A stretch of 42,567 nucleotides of DNA from Chiloscyllium plagiosum (GCF_004010195.1 NC_057719.1:66944764-66987330); one strand, 5' to 3'. Positions 1 through 14,735 are shown, numbered from the stretch's first letter. Numbers and translations: made by a program. The notes: a model not told the origin generated them from the letters alone.

Positions 1-135
1 CTATACAAAGAGGAAGGGTTCAGAGGGAGATGGACCAAATGCTGGCAAATGGGTCTAGGTCAGATTGCAATGTCTCATTGGCGCGGATGAGCTGGACCAA
101 AGGGTCTGTTTCCATGCTGTATGATTTTATGACTC
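1..135 (+). mobile_element. CR1 LINE 3' end fragment
   Basis: Same tail as 10390-10535, 14010-14148 and 16620-16752 (…gggtctgtttccatgctgtatga..tatgactc). Confidence 0.8.
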
Positions 136-3100
136 CAAGACTGATAAGTTTGCCTGGAATTAATGAAGTATGATGCAAATTCAAATATTTTCCTCCACGT
201 CACACAAATCAGACATCTCCCCATGACCAACAAATACATACTTGCAAGCTGTCACTGCATTGCCAGCTTTGTGTAGTCATTAGCCAATTGAAGCCTTTAA
301 ATACCATAAAGGACAACTATCCCATGCTGCAAGACGTTTTCCCTGTATAGGCAAATCCTTGCACATCCTTGACCTGACCAAATCAAGTATACTATCTTCC
401 TTGATTTATGTGGTGTCTAATCTCAGCCTTTGTGTGCCAATAATCCAATGTGCAAAATTTACCCTCTGAAATTTCTTTGTAACATAGTTATACCATTTAT
501 TGGGTGTTTTGTAGACATGTCTGTTTCTCTGATTGAAAACAAAAGTTAACAACACGAACATTAACAAATATTTTCTCATAAAATGCTTACCTTTATGAAA
601 TCCTTTCCTTTGCAAACATTTTATTGAATAATGACTTTTTGGCAAATTGGCAATCAATTCCCAAGAAGGTCTGAAAAATGTTGTTGATTAGTCAAGCCTT
701 GCTGTATCAAAGTTTCCAAAATTAACTTTGATCCTATTTCTAAATATTTTGAACATTATTTTGTTGGCATTTCTGGAAGAAAAGAAAACAACTGTTTCAA
801 TTGCTGATTAATGTTATTTCTTGTTTGTAAAACACTGAGAAAGTAACAAAAATAGTCAAGAGTTTCAAAAGGGATCCAGAATCTAAAGAATTTAAATTCT
901 ATTAAGTGGTGTTTTAAGTGCATAGCTATATGCTCTATGTTTACACAGTTGTTTATTTTAAGTAGATTAATTTAAGTAAATTACCTCAGGGAGAACATTT
1001 ATGCAAGTATGTTAATCAGTGCACTCAAAACCATATTCAGCAAAATGGCCAGCTTATAAGTATGCAAAGTCAACTTCCCTCCGAACACAGAATTGGGTGC
1101 GACTCTTAGTGGTTGAAATGGCAACTGGGGCTCAGTGAAGAGAATTGGATTAGGCACTGGGATAAGGTGCTATCACTATCCAGAAAGCATGACCCCATGA
1201 TCACAACACCTTCGAAAGAAGAAGCAGTGAGGAAAGAAAATGAAAATTAGTAAAGAAACTTACAAATTTAAATCTGTAGATTTGAAAATAGCTTGAATAC
1301 ATTTGAATTTGATATAAAATGATATACTGAATAAAAAATGGTGACAATCAGGCATTGTTCAAGCTGATGTTATATAACAAAGGCAGAAATTATTTGTAAT
1401 ATACTTGTACTTTAAAATGTTATATTATAATCACATGAGATTTCCCATTACAAAGTACACGATTTATGTCTTGGTACCTGAAAAACATTCACTGTCCAGT
1501 CATTATACCAATCGCACTGATGTGTTCCTAAATGGTGTTCAAAAACAATTTTATCTGCACATCGATTGTCAGTACACTGATGAGATAACTACCTTCACAA
1601 TCTATGGTCTATAAATGTAAACTAGCATACACTTTCAGATTTAATTCTGAGCAAAATGCATCCTAAGTGGCACATTGACAATAGTTCTGGTTACCATAGC
1701 AGCTTGCTTTTTTTGTGTGACTACAATACTTGAGAATGCAAAGTGCTTTACACAATTGCAGTTCTTTCAAATTTTCAGCAACAGCCTCAGCTGAATTACA
1801 CCAAAGTTCAGCTTCTATGAACCTGGAAAGACATGGGGAGAGTTTGCGTGCCTTTTGCGGAACTGCAAGTCCCACACCAATGTTCAGAACAGGAGCCAGC
1901 TAGAAGTTTCATCTGAATGATGAGAGGGGAACAAAATGGCAATTGGTAAATGTTACCATGGTAATAAAAAGCAGCCATTCAAGCAACACACTGTGGCCTA
2001 TACCATTACAGAGAATGTTATTCAGAACAACAAAAAATGAAATTGAAATTTCAAGAGGGAAAAAACTAAATTTGCATATCCATCCCTTGCACCAAATTGT
2101 GAGCTTTGCTATTCAATAGAATTATAGAAGTGGTTTTGAATAGACACAGTTTTATTAAAAAGGGGACTATTTGGAGCATTTGCCACTAATGGAACATTCC
2201 CATCTTTTCGTAATAGCAGCTTTTTAAAAATCACTCACAGCAGTACAAGATAATAAAGAGCATATAGGTCATCACATGAACAGTTTAGCATTTTATTTTG
2301 CTTCCAAGCATAAAATCAATTATGTTTTTGTTTATTGTTTTATTTTGCTGCACTTGGCACTAGTTTTATATTTTATGTACTGGGACTTTATGAAAAATGG
2401 GTTCACAATTAGTGTTCTAAGTTTGTCCCTTGGTTACTTCTGTTCAAAAGAAACCAAGTATCAAATTATAGTGCTCAACTGTCTTTAGCAACCATTGGCA
2501 GACTTTGAGGAAGACTGGCCCCCTGTAGGCTCTGAGGAATAACGGAGCCATGTAGACCAACAAGTTTCAGAATTAGTTCCTTGGTCTGCACCAAAATAAT
2601 TGATTGTAGTCAAGGAATAGTGATGGGAGAGTTTGCACGTGTGCGACAATACCCGAAAAAATGACTTGCTTGTACTCATCATCAAATGGTACAAATTAAT
2701 TATAAAAACTTGCATCTCAGCAAGAGTCAGCATTTTAAGAAAGGAAGGCGAATCTAACCTGAAGCAGCAATTGCTATGCATAAGTTATTGCACTTAGTAA
2801 TAATAACATCAGTGGTTATTCACAGCTCTTTCCCTCATTACTGTCATTCCTTTATTGAATACCGAGATGATATTAACTTGGTCTGGCACTGGGTAATAAT
2901 GTTCACGTTAATGTTAATAGCATGGGTTCATTCCCATTCTGGCTAAGGTAGACTCAAGTCCTGCCTCCTTACCCTGCCCTGGGGAGTGGAAGGCACAGGC
3001 AAACCACTGCTGAAAAAACTTGCCAATTATTGGGGTCAGGACAAAGCAGGAGCCAGAAATGAACCAAAGACCGACCTTCAGGCAAAGCGTTCATGAAATG

Positions 3101-5154
3101 GAATTAACTTGCTCAGACTGGTGATAAAATTGTAAGAGACACCCTGATCAGCATAAAAATGACAATATATATTTGTTTTTATCACACATGAGGCCAGTTG
3201 GGATGACAGCTAGTTTCTTTTTTGCTGATATCAGACCTACTGGATTTCAGACATCAGCCAGAAAAGCTGTCGTTGGGAACATTATTCCAAATATGGATGA
3301 TTACTCTTCACTGCAGAGATCAAAGAAAACATTCTCACAACCAGACACAATCACTAATCAGTTGGTGACTGTTTCAACAGTAATTCCTTTTCAAAATTGC
3401 TTTCCCTGATTACTACAGGGGTGAACATGGCCATTGATTTCAAAATGGTGGCTATGATGTGTCTGCATACTCCTGGTGCAAGTTGTGCCAGCCATCATTA
3501 GCACCCTCAGAGGGAATATGGCAGAAAAATGCAGAGAAGGGAGACCATTATGTCAATCAGTATTTACTGTACTGCCATTATGGAATTCAATATTCCAGCA
3601 AACACCCTGTATTTAATCACACAATGCTGAACATAGGTAGAACACCCAACTCCAGCTATTTAAAGGAAGCATCATTGTTTTTTTCCAGATTTGTCGCTGA
3701 TTGATTTCTTCTGGCTGTTGCAACAATTGTGCAAATGTTTGATGCTTTTCAGTGTCATTTAAAGTTATTGAAAGTCTACTGGGAGTGAAGTGGCAGGTGC
3801 TGAAGAATCTGACCCTGATCTTAATGCTTCTGTAGAAACTAATTGTTCCAAAATACGGCTGTAGGAGTATGTATTGCTTTCGGAATACAGCATGACAGGG
3901 AACATGAGCAGATGCTGGACAGAGTGGCAAAAACCACTGGAAGAGAAAGGAGGAGAACAGAGAAGGAGGAGAAGACGGGTTCTCACTAGGAGACACAGGG
4001 ATTCTCCTACCTAAGCAATAACAAGAAATCATGTGAGATATGTGTATAGACATCCTCTGATCTATGGGTCACAATTACACTCTAGAGAAGGGGAAAAAAA
4101 CTCAGTCAGTGAATAATTATGCAGTGTGTTCCTTCCAGCCTGGAAATATTTGTAGCATCTCCAAATTTTTTGTCCACCAGTGGATAAGGGAGGCCAACAT
4201 TGATCTCTATTCAAAGAAAGCCAAGTTCATTTCGCTTTTCCTTGTCAGGGAACAGCTAGTAGGGTGATCAGACAGCTTCATGAAGACTTCCCCATTGATA
4301 AACTGCACATCACTTTGTGGGGGCAGAACTTAAATCTGAATGCCAAAGGGCCTTCACTCCCGGTTGGTGTCTGGCCATGCATAGTAAATCGGCTAGCTCA
4401 GTGCCTGTTACATGGCAGCAGTGTTGTCTGCGGTAGTCCACTGTGCCATCTATTTTCAAGGTACCATGGCAGACCAAAGGGTGGTCACTGGATAGCAAGG
4501 ATATCAGTTCACCATGAAGATTGTTCATGTGCATTCCATGGAAAGCCAAGCTGTCACATGAAGTGTGCTAGAGTGAATCACTAGGAAGATAAAATACAAT
4601 TTCTGCTGCCTGGGTTGTCTGGGAGGAGCAGTGCAGTGTCTGACAGCATAGGTGTTAAAATTTAATGGTCTGTTGTTTGCTGTACAACATCATCATCTGG
4701 ACAATATAACCCCTGCCACCAGCTATATAGCAAGCAGCTTAAGAGCGGCAGAAATTCAGCACAGCTAGATTGTCCATGAACAACTCTACTGACTTTATGC
4801 CAGTGACATGCCCTCTAATTCCCTATTTGCCAACATGCACACACTTTATCTTCCCTAAATCACTGGTCATCATAGCATCAATGTAGTGACAATGCAAAAA
4901 TAAAAGTCAACTTCAAATCAAATCTATAAATTGAATCACTTTGCATAAAGAGATGCACTTAATGACAGGTAATAGCATAAATAGTAGGAAAGCGTCATGA
5001 AAATAGCCACTATTTCCACTGCTGGAGAAGCTGGACCCCAAATTCAATGCAAAGCCCATTACCAAATTAGCGCCAATATTACTTGACATTGTAGGCTTCC
5101 TCGTAAGCCAACTTATACATAAAGCATGTTGTCGTGTGTGGCCACCATCCTTCT

Positions 5155-5280
5155 GAGTTCTGAAGAAAAGTTATGTTGGAGTCAAAATATTGACTTTGTT
5201 CCTGTTTCCACAAATGCTGTCAGACTTGCTGAATTTTTCCAAAACTTTATATTTTTATTTCAGATCTTGAGCATCCTCAG
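5155..5280 (+). mobile_element. Degenerate Penelope-type 3' tail / non-autonomous repeat with decayed hammerhead motif
   Basis: GAGTT-CTGAAGA…TATT-GACTT followed by ccacaaatgctgtcagacttgctgaattttt. Homologous to 11926-12014 and 20717-20814. Confidence 0.6.
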
Positions 5281-6117
5281 TGTTTTGCTTCTATTATCCT
5301 TCTTCTGTATTCTGCCCCAATGAGTGTCTATGTTCTCTGCAGCAGAACTTGTGTGCCACTCCTGACAAATTACTGGCCATATGGCCCTTTCTATCCTTTC
5401 CACATTCCCCAGCCAGCCTCCTAGGTGCCCTATGTCTCACTACATACAGATACCACCTCAAGGTTATCCTGTAAAGTATTTGCAGTGTCAATATCAGAGG
5501 AGATGGTCAGTGTGATGGTGAATGACTGACAGTATTTCTTCAACTTCCCTACCTTTCTGCTCTCCCACTACTGCAACAGATGCAGATTAATCCTGTAATC
5601 CAATTCGAGCACCTAGTTTCGACAGGTCCTAAATTTACCCACAGAAATCTTTAAAATTCTATAAAACTATTCCCCATGTATTTCAGCATTACATTTACAA
5701 TGGGAGAGCAATCAATCATGGTTAGTTGGTTAACAGTAAATTACATGTAATAACATTACCAATTAGAAATTTAAAATATTGTATTAAACAAATGACAAGT
5801 TGCAATGACCTTTATAAAGCTGCGGTATTCTATCCTCTTCTCAGTTCTTACTTCAATTATGTTCCATTTCTTAAAGGCAGGCTATGGAGAATAACATCAG
5901 AAAATTCCTGGAACTTATCGAGCAAAACTATTTATGAAAGTATGCAAAATTGACATTTGGCCGATTCCCAGTAAAGTTCAGCCCAATGTATCCACTAATG
6001 ATGGATTTGGAATGTTCTTTAATTGTCTGACATTTGGAAATTTGAAGAAACAATCAGTGACTGGGATGATGTCATCTCCATTCCTGGTGATTTTGGATTG
6101 GGGAACTGAAAAGTTGC

Positions 6118-9100
6118 TCAGAAGGGAAGGGGGGATAGGAGTAGAGCATTCGTCATGGGAGACTCCATTGTTAGGGGGACAGATAGGAGATTCTGTGGGA
6201 ATGTGAGAGGTTCACAGTTGGTATATTGCCTCCCAGGTGCCAGGGTCCGCAATGCCTCAGATCGTGTTTTCAGGGTCCTTAACGGGAAGGGGAGCAGCTC
6301 CAAGTGGTGGTCCACATAGGTACCAATGTCATAGGTAGGAAAAGGGATGGGGATGTAAGGCAGAAATTCAGGGAGCTTGGGTGGAAGCTTAGAGATAGAA
6401 CAAACAGAGTTGTTATCTCTGGTTTGTTTCCCGTGCCTTGTGTGAGCCAGGCGAGGAATAGGGAGAGAGAGCAGTTGAATACATAGGATGGTGCAGGAGG
6501 GAGGGATTCAGATACCTGGATAATTGGGGCTCAATCTGGGGTAGTTTGGACCTCTACAAATGGGATGGTCTACACCTGAACCAGAGGGGTACCAATATCC
6601 TGGAGAGAAATTTGCTAATGCGCTTTGGGAGAGTTTAAACTAATTCAGCAGGTGTCTGGGAACCTGAAGTGTAGCTCCAGTGTACAGGAGGTTGAGAGTG
6701 GTGAGGTCATAAATATGGCTTCAAGATCGCAGGAGCGCACCAGCAGACAGGAAGGTGGTTTGAAGTGTTTCTACGTCAATGCCAGGAGCATCAGGAATAA
6801 GGTGGATGAATTTGCAGCATGGGTTGATACCTGGGACTTTGATGTTGTGGCCATTTCAAAGACATGGATAAAGAAGGGGCAGGAATGGTTGTTCTAGGTT
6901 CCGGGATTTAGATGTTTCAGTAAGAACAGAGAAGGTAGTAAAAGAGGACAGTATTACAGTGGCAGAAAGGGCGTTTGATGAGGACTTGTCCACTGAGGTA
7001 GTATGGGCTAAGGTTAGAAACAGGAAAGGAGAGGTCACCTTGTTGGGGGCTTTCCATAGGCCTCCAAATAGTTCCAGAGATGTGGAGGAAAGGATTGCAA
7101 AGATGTTTCAGGATAGGAGCAAGAGTAACAGGGTAGTTGTTATGGGGGACTTTAACCTTCCAAATATTGACTGGAGACGCTATGGTTTGAGTACTTTAGA
7201 TGAGTAAGTTTTTGTCCAGTGTGTGCAGGAAGGTTTCCTGACACAGTATGTAGATAGGCCAACAAGAGGCAAGGCCACATTGGATTTAGTACTGGGTAAT
7301 GAACCAGGCCAGGTTTTAGATTTGGAGCTAGGTGAGCACTTTGGTGATAGTGACACAATTCAGTTACGTTTACTTTAGTGATGGAAAGGGATAGGTATAT
7401 ACCACAGGACAAGAGTTATAGCTGGGGGAAAGACAATTATGATGCGATTAGGCAAGATTTAGGATGCATGGGATGGGGAAGGAAACTGCAGGGGATGGGC
7501 ACGAGTGAAATGTGGAACTTGTTCAAGGAACAGCTACTGCATGCCCTTGATAAGTACGTACCTGTCAGGTCGAGAGGAAATGGTCGAGCAAGGGAACTGT
7601 GGTTTACTAAAGAAGTTGAATCTCTTTTCAAGGTGAAGAAAGAGGCTTCTGTAAAGAGAGATGTGAAGGCTCTGTTAGGGTATTTGAGAGTTACAAGTTA
7701 GCCAGAAGGACCTAAAGAGAGAGCTAAGAAGAGCCAGACAGGAACATGAGAAGTCTTTGACAGGTAGGATTAAGGAAAACCCTAAAGCTTTCCATAGGTA
7801 TGTCAGGAATAAAAGAATAACTCGGGTAGGATTAGGGCCAGTCAAGGACAGTAGTGGGAAATTGTGCATGGAGACCAAGGAGATAGGAGAGATGCTAAAT
7901 GAATATTTTTTGTCAGTATTCACAGAGGCAAAAAACAATGTTGTCAAGGAGAATACTGAGATACAGGCTATTAGACTGGACAGGATTAAGGTTCATAAGG
8001 AGGATTTGTTAGCAATTGTGGAAAGTATGAAAATAGATAAGTCCCCTGGGCTGGATTCTCTGGGAAGCTAGGGAGGAGATTGCAGAGCCTTGGCTTTCAT
8101 CTTTATGTCGTCATTGTCTACAGGAATAGTGCCAGAAGACTGGAGGATATCAAATGTTGTCCCCGTGTTCAAGAAGGGGAGTTGAGATGATCCGAGTAAT
8201 TATAGACCAGTGAGCCTTACATCAGTTGTGATTAAAGTTTTGGAAAGGATTGTAAGAGATAGGATTTATAATCATCTATAAAAGAATAATTTGATTAGGG
8301 ATAGACAACATGGTTTTGAGAAGGGTAGGTCGTGATTCACAAACCTCACTGAGTTCTTTGAGAAGGTAACTAAACAGGTGGATGAGGGTAAAGCGGATGG
8401 TGTGATGTGTATGTATTTCAGTAAAGCGTTCGATACGGTTCCCCATGGTAGGCTATTGCAGAAAATACAGAGGCATGGGATTGAGGGTGATTTAGCAGTT
8501 TGGATCAGAAATTGGCTAACTGTAAGAAGACAGAGGGGTGGTGGTTGATCGGAAATGTTCATCCTGGAGTTCAGTTACTAGTGGTGTACCGCAAAGATCT
8601 GTTTTGTTGCCACTGCTGTTTGTCATTTTTATAAATGACCTGGATGAGGACATAAAAGTCTGAGTTAGTAAATTTGCAGATGAAACAAAAGTCAGTGAGT
8701 TGTGAACAGTGAGGAAGGATTTTGCAGGTTACAGAGGGACATAGATAAACTACAGAGCTGGGCTGAGAGGTGGCAAATAGAGTTTAATGCAGAAAAGTGT
8801 AAGGTAATTCACTTTGGAAGGAGTAACAGGAATACAGAGTACTGGGCTAATGGTAAGATTCTTGGTAGTGTGGATGAACAGAGAGATCTCGGTGTCCATG
8901 TGCATAGATCCCTGAAAGTTGCTACCCTGGTTGATAGGGATGGTAAGAAGGCATATGATATGTTAACTTTTATTGATAGAGGGATTGAGTTTTGCAGCCA
9001 CAATGTCATGCTGCAGCTGTACAAAACTCTGGTGCGGCCGCACTTGGAGTATTGCGTAAACAGGTAGTTCTGGTCACTACATTATCGGAAAGATGAGGAA

Positions 9101-9563
9101 GCATTGGAAAGGGTGCAGAGGAGATTTACCAGGATGTTGTCTGGTACGGAGGGAAGGTCTTATGAGGAAAGGCTGAGTGACTTAATGCTGTTTTCGTTAG
9201 AGAAAAGAAGGTCAAGAGGTGTCTTATTAGAGACATACAAGATGATCAGAGAGTTAGATAGGATGGGCAGTGAGAACCTTTTCCCTCGGATGATCATGGC
9301 TGGCACAAGGGGACATAGCTTTAAATTGAGGGGTCATAGATATAGGACAGATAACGGAGATAGTTTCTTTACTCAGAGAGTAGTAAGGGCATGGAGCGCC
9401 CTGCCTGCAACAGTAGACTCACTAATTTTAAAGGTAAATAAATGGTTATTGGATAAATATATGGATGATCATGAAATAGTGTAGGTTAGATTGGTTTCAC
9501 AGGTCGGTGCAACATCAAGGGCTGAAGGACATGTACTGTGCTGTACTGTTTTATGTTCTATGA
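6118..9563 (+). mobile_element. Long, inactivated CR1 LINE: ORF1 SGNH/GDSL esterase remnant, ORF2 APE endonuclease-reverse transcriptase, and 3' tail
   Basis: ORF1 motifs VMGDSIVRG, VVHIGTN, DGLHLN. APE motifs LKCFYVNARSIRNK, VVMGDFNLP. RT motifs YRPVSLTSVV, SKFADET, LQRDIDKLQSWAERWQIEFN, LYKTLVRPHLEYC. Multiple stops and frameshifts. Tail ttttatgttctatg. Confidence 0.95.
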
Positions 9564-9909
9564 AAGATCACATGTAGAGCAGCAGCTCATCTGGGAGGCC
9601 TCACCTTCAGCGCAAGATGGGCCAGATGAATCAAAGTCAGATCAGTGCTTTTAGTTCAATTAATTCAGTCAAATAATTAATTTGCCTTGATTTAGGCAAA
9701 GTTGAAGACGTAAGATAAATGTCATACACATCTTCACTAACGTTTCAATACCACCATTAATCTTTGGCCAGTAGATCAAATCATGTGTGAATTGTTTCAT
9801 TTGCTCTAAGTTCAAATTGTTGCAACTATACCAAGAATCCATGTCCTGGAAAACAGCTTCAGGAACAAATACTTCTGATAATATGAAGGTAATGTTTCTC
9901 AAGGTACTA

Positions 9910-10535
9910 AGCTCCTTTATTGGTCAGAGTATTGAGTACAGGAGTTGGGAGGTCATGTTGTGGCTATACAGAACATTGGTTAGGCCACTTTTGGAATATT
10001 GCATGCAATTCTGGTCTCCTTCCTGTGTTGTGAAACTTGAAAGGATGTTGTGAAACTTGAAAGGGTTCAGAAAAGATTTACAAGGATGTTGCCAAGGTTG
10101 GTGAATATGAGCTATAGGGAGAGTTTGAATAAGCTGGAGGCTGAGCATTGGAGCTGAGGGGTGACCTTATAGAGGTTTATAAAATCATGAGGGGCATGGA
10201 TAGGATAAATAGACAAAGTCTCTTTGGTGGTGGAGTCCAGGTCTAGAAGGCATAGGTTTAGGGTGAGAGGAGAAACATATAAAAGAGATCTAAGGAGCAA
10301 CTTTCTCATGCAGAGGGTGGTATTTGTATGGAATGAGCTGCCAGTGGAAGTGGTGGAGTACAATTGCAGCATTTAAAAGGAATCTGGATGGGTATATGAA
10401 TAGGAAGGGTTTGGAAGGATATGGGGTGGGTGCTGGCAGGTGGGACTAGATTGGGTTGGAATATCTGGTCGGCATGGACAAGTTGGACCTAAAGGTCTGT
10501 TTCTGTGCTGTACATCTCTATGACTCTCTGACTCT
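9910..10535 (+). mobile_element. 5'-truncated CR1 LINE (ORF2 C-terminus and 3' UTR)
   Basis: LYRTLVRPLLEYCMQFWSP; ends ctctatgactctctgactcta. Confidence 0.9.
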
Positions 10536-11925
10536 ATTACTCTGCACAAGTCAGAACAGATTCTGAAAACTGAATATATAGCACTAGAAAAATGGCCTAA
10601 CCATCATTCACCTGGCATTACTTGCTGTTGAAAATTAAACCTTTCAGATGAGATAGTCATTGGTGACTGAAGGTTCTGATTATGCTCTTCTTTGGTTCTG
10701 TCTGTTGCCACTACAGTAATTCCAGTGGCAATATGTGTGCACTGAGGCACACTTCCGGTCATTTTTCCGTAAGCTGTTCGAAAAAAGGTTAATTGAATGA
10801 TAGCTTCTGAAAACAGTTATTTAATAGCATTCTGAAGGGGTAAATTCCAGGATACCCTGGCTAGTGCATATTCATGTTTGGTGTTCATCTTAGAGAAGAA
10901 ATGTGAACTCAGGATCCAATTGCTCCCGTGTTCGAATCTTATGTGGGCAATTATTTAGAGAGAGAGGTTTAGACATCTCAGATTTAGACATCGCCTAATT
11001 GTATCATCTTGTTTAGTATGCATGTATACCCGTTTGTTTGGACGATGCCATTGTGTTCCATGCCATCCACCTAGCATTTAAGCTTTTCTTGTATGTGGTC
11101 GCAACACTTTCTGTTTTTTAAAGGAATATTATTGTGGAAGAATCACTAAATACTCTATTAAAAATTTACCAGGAGACGCCGAAAATCCTTCATGAAATTA
11201 AACTTTAATCTTGCAAAATCAAAGCTGCGGGAGCCAGCAAAATGTCTGCCTGACTGCCCACAATCTCTTTGTTCTTCTGCAATTTATAGAGTTATTCTTC
11301 CTGCGCTTATCTGATGGCATTACCATACCCAATCATGCTGGCTCGCTTTGCCTTTCTAAACTAGTCTGTCACACTAGTTTCCTCGATCATATTTAACCTA
11401 TCACATTACAACACCATCATCTTCAGCATTAGCTCATCTCCCAGTGGTTTAACTAACCCATCACAGTGCACTACCATTATCTGTTACTGGATCCCTGTAA
11501 CATGATCCCGGGCATGCATTGCAACACTAAGTTAACCACATAACTGCCAGGATAACTTCCATAATATCATCTCTATGAGGGCAATGTGGCATTGCCTTTA
11601 AAACTTCCTATGGCATTTAACCTATCTCACTACTATTGTTACAAAGTCTGACTGACTCAATGTCCATATTTTTGGATTCTTCTGATGTATTGAGTACTTT
11701 GGTGATCTCACAGATCATCAAAATATTGATATCCATGCATGCTGGAGGACCTGACTCTGCTGGTCTGCTTTGTGTCAATTATATGTTTCTGGTTTCCATG
11801 CTGAATTGCTACAGCTGAACTGCAGTGTTAGTCTACCAAAGCAATGGCGGATGATACATAGCATGCAGTTAATTTAGCAGCTAACAGATGCATAATGATC
11901 CTGTTAGAAATCCTTCAAAATTTTC

Positions 11926-12014
11926 CATTCTGAAGAAGTCATACTAGATTCGAAACATTAACTCTATTTCTCTCCATAGATGCTGCCAGACCTGCTGAGT
12001 TTCTCCAGCATTCT
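11926..12014 (+). mobile_element. Penelope-type 3' tail with partial hammerhead motif
   Basis: CTGAAGA-AGTCatactaGATTC-GAAA-CATT-AACT, then agatgctgccagacctgctgagtttctccagca shared with 20717-20814. Confidence 0.7.
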
Positions 12015-13654
12015 ACATGAGTAGTTGCTGCAAAATTATGCAGATATTTGCACTAGCTCCTTTGTCAATCTTGGCTTTGAGTCTACATTTGCCAATTTTC
12101 TTTAGGTGAATGATGTTGATTGTGGAAAAGTTTATTGTTGGTTGTCTTTCTCCAAATAATGTGATATTTTCACAATGTGGAAGGCCTGTTTGATCTCTAG
12201 TTGGAAGTTGCTACACACTAGGTTTTGACTCATCTGTTTTGCTGTGAACTTTGTATATTGCCTTATGTTTACACAATTGTCTGGTGCATTCCTTGCTGCA
12301 GTTCTGCTTTGCCTCTACCCTGTTGAGATCTGTTGTAGTCTCTGGTTATGTCTTTGCAGCCAGATTTCTTGCAACAGTAGATCTAATGACTTTTTGTATC
12401 CTCCTTGCAAAGATGTTGAAATGCATGAGAACTTTGTGGTCAATGCAACAGAGTTTGCTTGCTTTTTGTGGCCAGGCTAATGTGTCAATACTGTACCTGC
12501 ACCTAATGCTTACAGATACTCTTGTCTGACTACAATGACTTTGTATTTTCTGTTATCTGCTAGTGGTAAATTAATGCAGGCCTTTTGTTTTCTTTCTCCA
12601 CAAGGTCTTAGGGCAATGTTTCAAAATCAGCATTAAGACCATCACCAACTCCATTACCCACTACATATCGACACAGACATCAAGTTGCTGCAGATATGCA
12701 AGAAAGTAGATGTGTGATTCTTAACTTTGTCCACCCCAGTCCAACACCGGCTCCTCCACATACATCATCATTACCCACTCTGACAGTTCAGCATTTGAAA
12801 AATCACTTTCAATGCCCTAGTTACAGCACCTGCTCACAATTGATTTGTAGTCTTATGGGGTGCGGTTGAAAACATCAGTTTTTTTTGAACAGCACAAATA
12901 GATGCTATCAACAGTGAAGCAAAACAATACTGTATGTAAAGCACATATAACTTGCATTAACAAAACTGTTGATCTTTAAAAGCAGAAGCATGACAACTAG
13001 GATAATTATAATCATGCACTTACGAGGATATTTTTCTTATTGCTTTAGAACAGACCTGCAGTTTTGAGAGAAATCTGTATGACTTTTTAAGTTACTAATC
13101 TGTTCTTGAACACTAATTACAGAGTAAAGCCGAGTATTTAGAATTGGAAAAATGTACTGTCCTTTATTTTCAGGTACCTCAGATGTTAAAAACAAAAACA
13201 AAAAAGTGTGTTAATTTTAATAAAATCCTAGGCACTGCACTCTTCAGTTTGATTGCAAAAAGAGAAATACCATGTCCTACCACAAGTCACGTGGCATCAC
13301 TTATGCAACAGTGACAACCAATTCACTCCCACACTGTGATACGCAGGTTTCCACTAACTCTCCATTAAGCTGTGCAAACAGTATCCTAGCCAACTTGACA
13401 AAAGCAGCAAGTTTTATTTATACTTTTATATAGATGAACCACCAGTAGTCAGCTTCAAGACTCTAAACACTTTAAATTTCAAATAATGTTCAACAATGAC
13501 ACAATTCTACATATAATGGCTTTTTTTGCTGCACTCCATAACTCTTTTATATCTTGTGTGTGGCAATATAAGATAGCCATTTTTTGCATTTATTGACAAC
13601 TTCCAGTTACCCTGAGGGAATTAATATTCACATTGGAGAGATTGAAGTGTTATT

Positions 13655-13722
13655 ACACCTGCGAATTGAACCTAGGCCTTCTGGCTCAGAGAAGGGATGT
13701 TACCATTGTGCCACAAGAGCCC
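13655..13722 (-). mobile_element. tRNA-derived SINE head fragment
   Basis: Reverse complement gggctcttgTGGCACAATGGtaac…GGTTCAATTCgc shows A-box and B-box-like motifs; no full cloverleaf. Confidence 0.6.
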
Positions 13723-13912
13723 GTTGCAACATCTTTGTATACTGAATAAGACTGTTAACTAATTATTGCAAATTGAGACCATGCCAATCAATTCATCACT
13801 GTTCTCATACTGATCCAATTAATTTACCTTGACATTTTAAACATATACTTTGTTGTTACAGTGCTGAAAGGACAATAATTTTATGAAATAATATTTGTTA
13901 TGTATTTAGTTA

Positions 13913-14148
13913 AGAGTTTCACACAGAGTGGTGGTGCGTGAATGGAACGTGTTGCCAGAGGAAGTGGTGGAGGCTGGTATAAGTGTAACATTTAAAAGGC
14001 ACATGGATAGATACATGAATTAGAACATGTTTAGAGGAACATGGACCAAATGCTAGCAAATGGGCATAGGTCAGTTTAAGATATCTGATCAGCACGAAGG
14101 AGTTGGACCGAAGGGTCTTTTTTCCATGCTGTGTAACTCTACGACTCT
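13913..14148 (+). mobile_element. CR1 LINE 3' fragment
   Basis: Homologous to 10305-10535 (cagagtggtggtgcgtgaatggaac…gaagtggtggaggctggta…). Confidence 0.85.
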
Positions 14149-14409
14149 AAATATACAATCTGATGTTGGAAACCTAAAGAAAATCTTGTTACTGGTACTT
14201 ACACGTGGCATGAACATGATGGAGATGCTTCACAACTTTTCTTGCTCCCCAAGTAAAAACGTCTCTCAAAGTTCCTCAAAACGGTTATAATTAGATTGCC
14301 TACTTGATAATTGCTGAGGTCAAGCATGCACGCCTAGATTGATATACCCCCCCGCAACACCCAATCAAAGAAATCACCATCAATCAATGTCCTTTGGTTC
14401 TTGATCTTT

Positions 14410-14735
14410 CTGCCAACCACTTTTTCCCCAAGGAGAACATTCCTGGATTCTACAATCTGTTTTTGCGAACCAAAGTTTCTCATCCCTTGAATCGTTCCTT
14501 AAATCCTTTCTGCATCCACTCCAAAAACCACACATTTTTCCTGTAGTGGCTAAGACTGGACACAGCATGCTAGGTTGTGGCTGAAACAGTGTTTGTAAAA
14601 GTTCATCATAACTTCCTTCCTTCCTTTTGTACTCTGTGCCTCTATTTAAAAGCCCCAAGTTCCTCTTCATCATTCTCTTCTGTTGCCCTGCTACCTTCAA
14701 TAATTTGCACATATGTACCCTCAAGTTCCTCTTCT
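14410..14735 (-). mobile_element. Old CR1 ORF2 C-terminal fragment
   Basis: Minus-strand translation LGLLNRGTEYKRKE resembles the CR1 LGFInRGIEYKSKE motif; frameshifted. Confidence 0.6.

Noticed and set aside
1760..1905. Acceptor-like ttctttcaaattttcAG followed by a short open frame
   Set aside because: The frame ends in TAG, there is no convincing donor, and it has no similarity to RASGRP1.
2880..3100. Possible old SINE (also 34770-34930, 31965-32150, 12710-12762, 22330-22680, 38485-38975)
   Set aside because: These resemble decayed repeats but are too diverged to name or bound reliably without a library search.
3613..4584. ORFs of 146 aa and 106 aa in the track
   Set aside because: No recognisable domain, non-ATG or weak starts, compositionally biased; consistent with chance ORFs.
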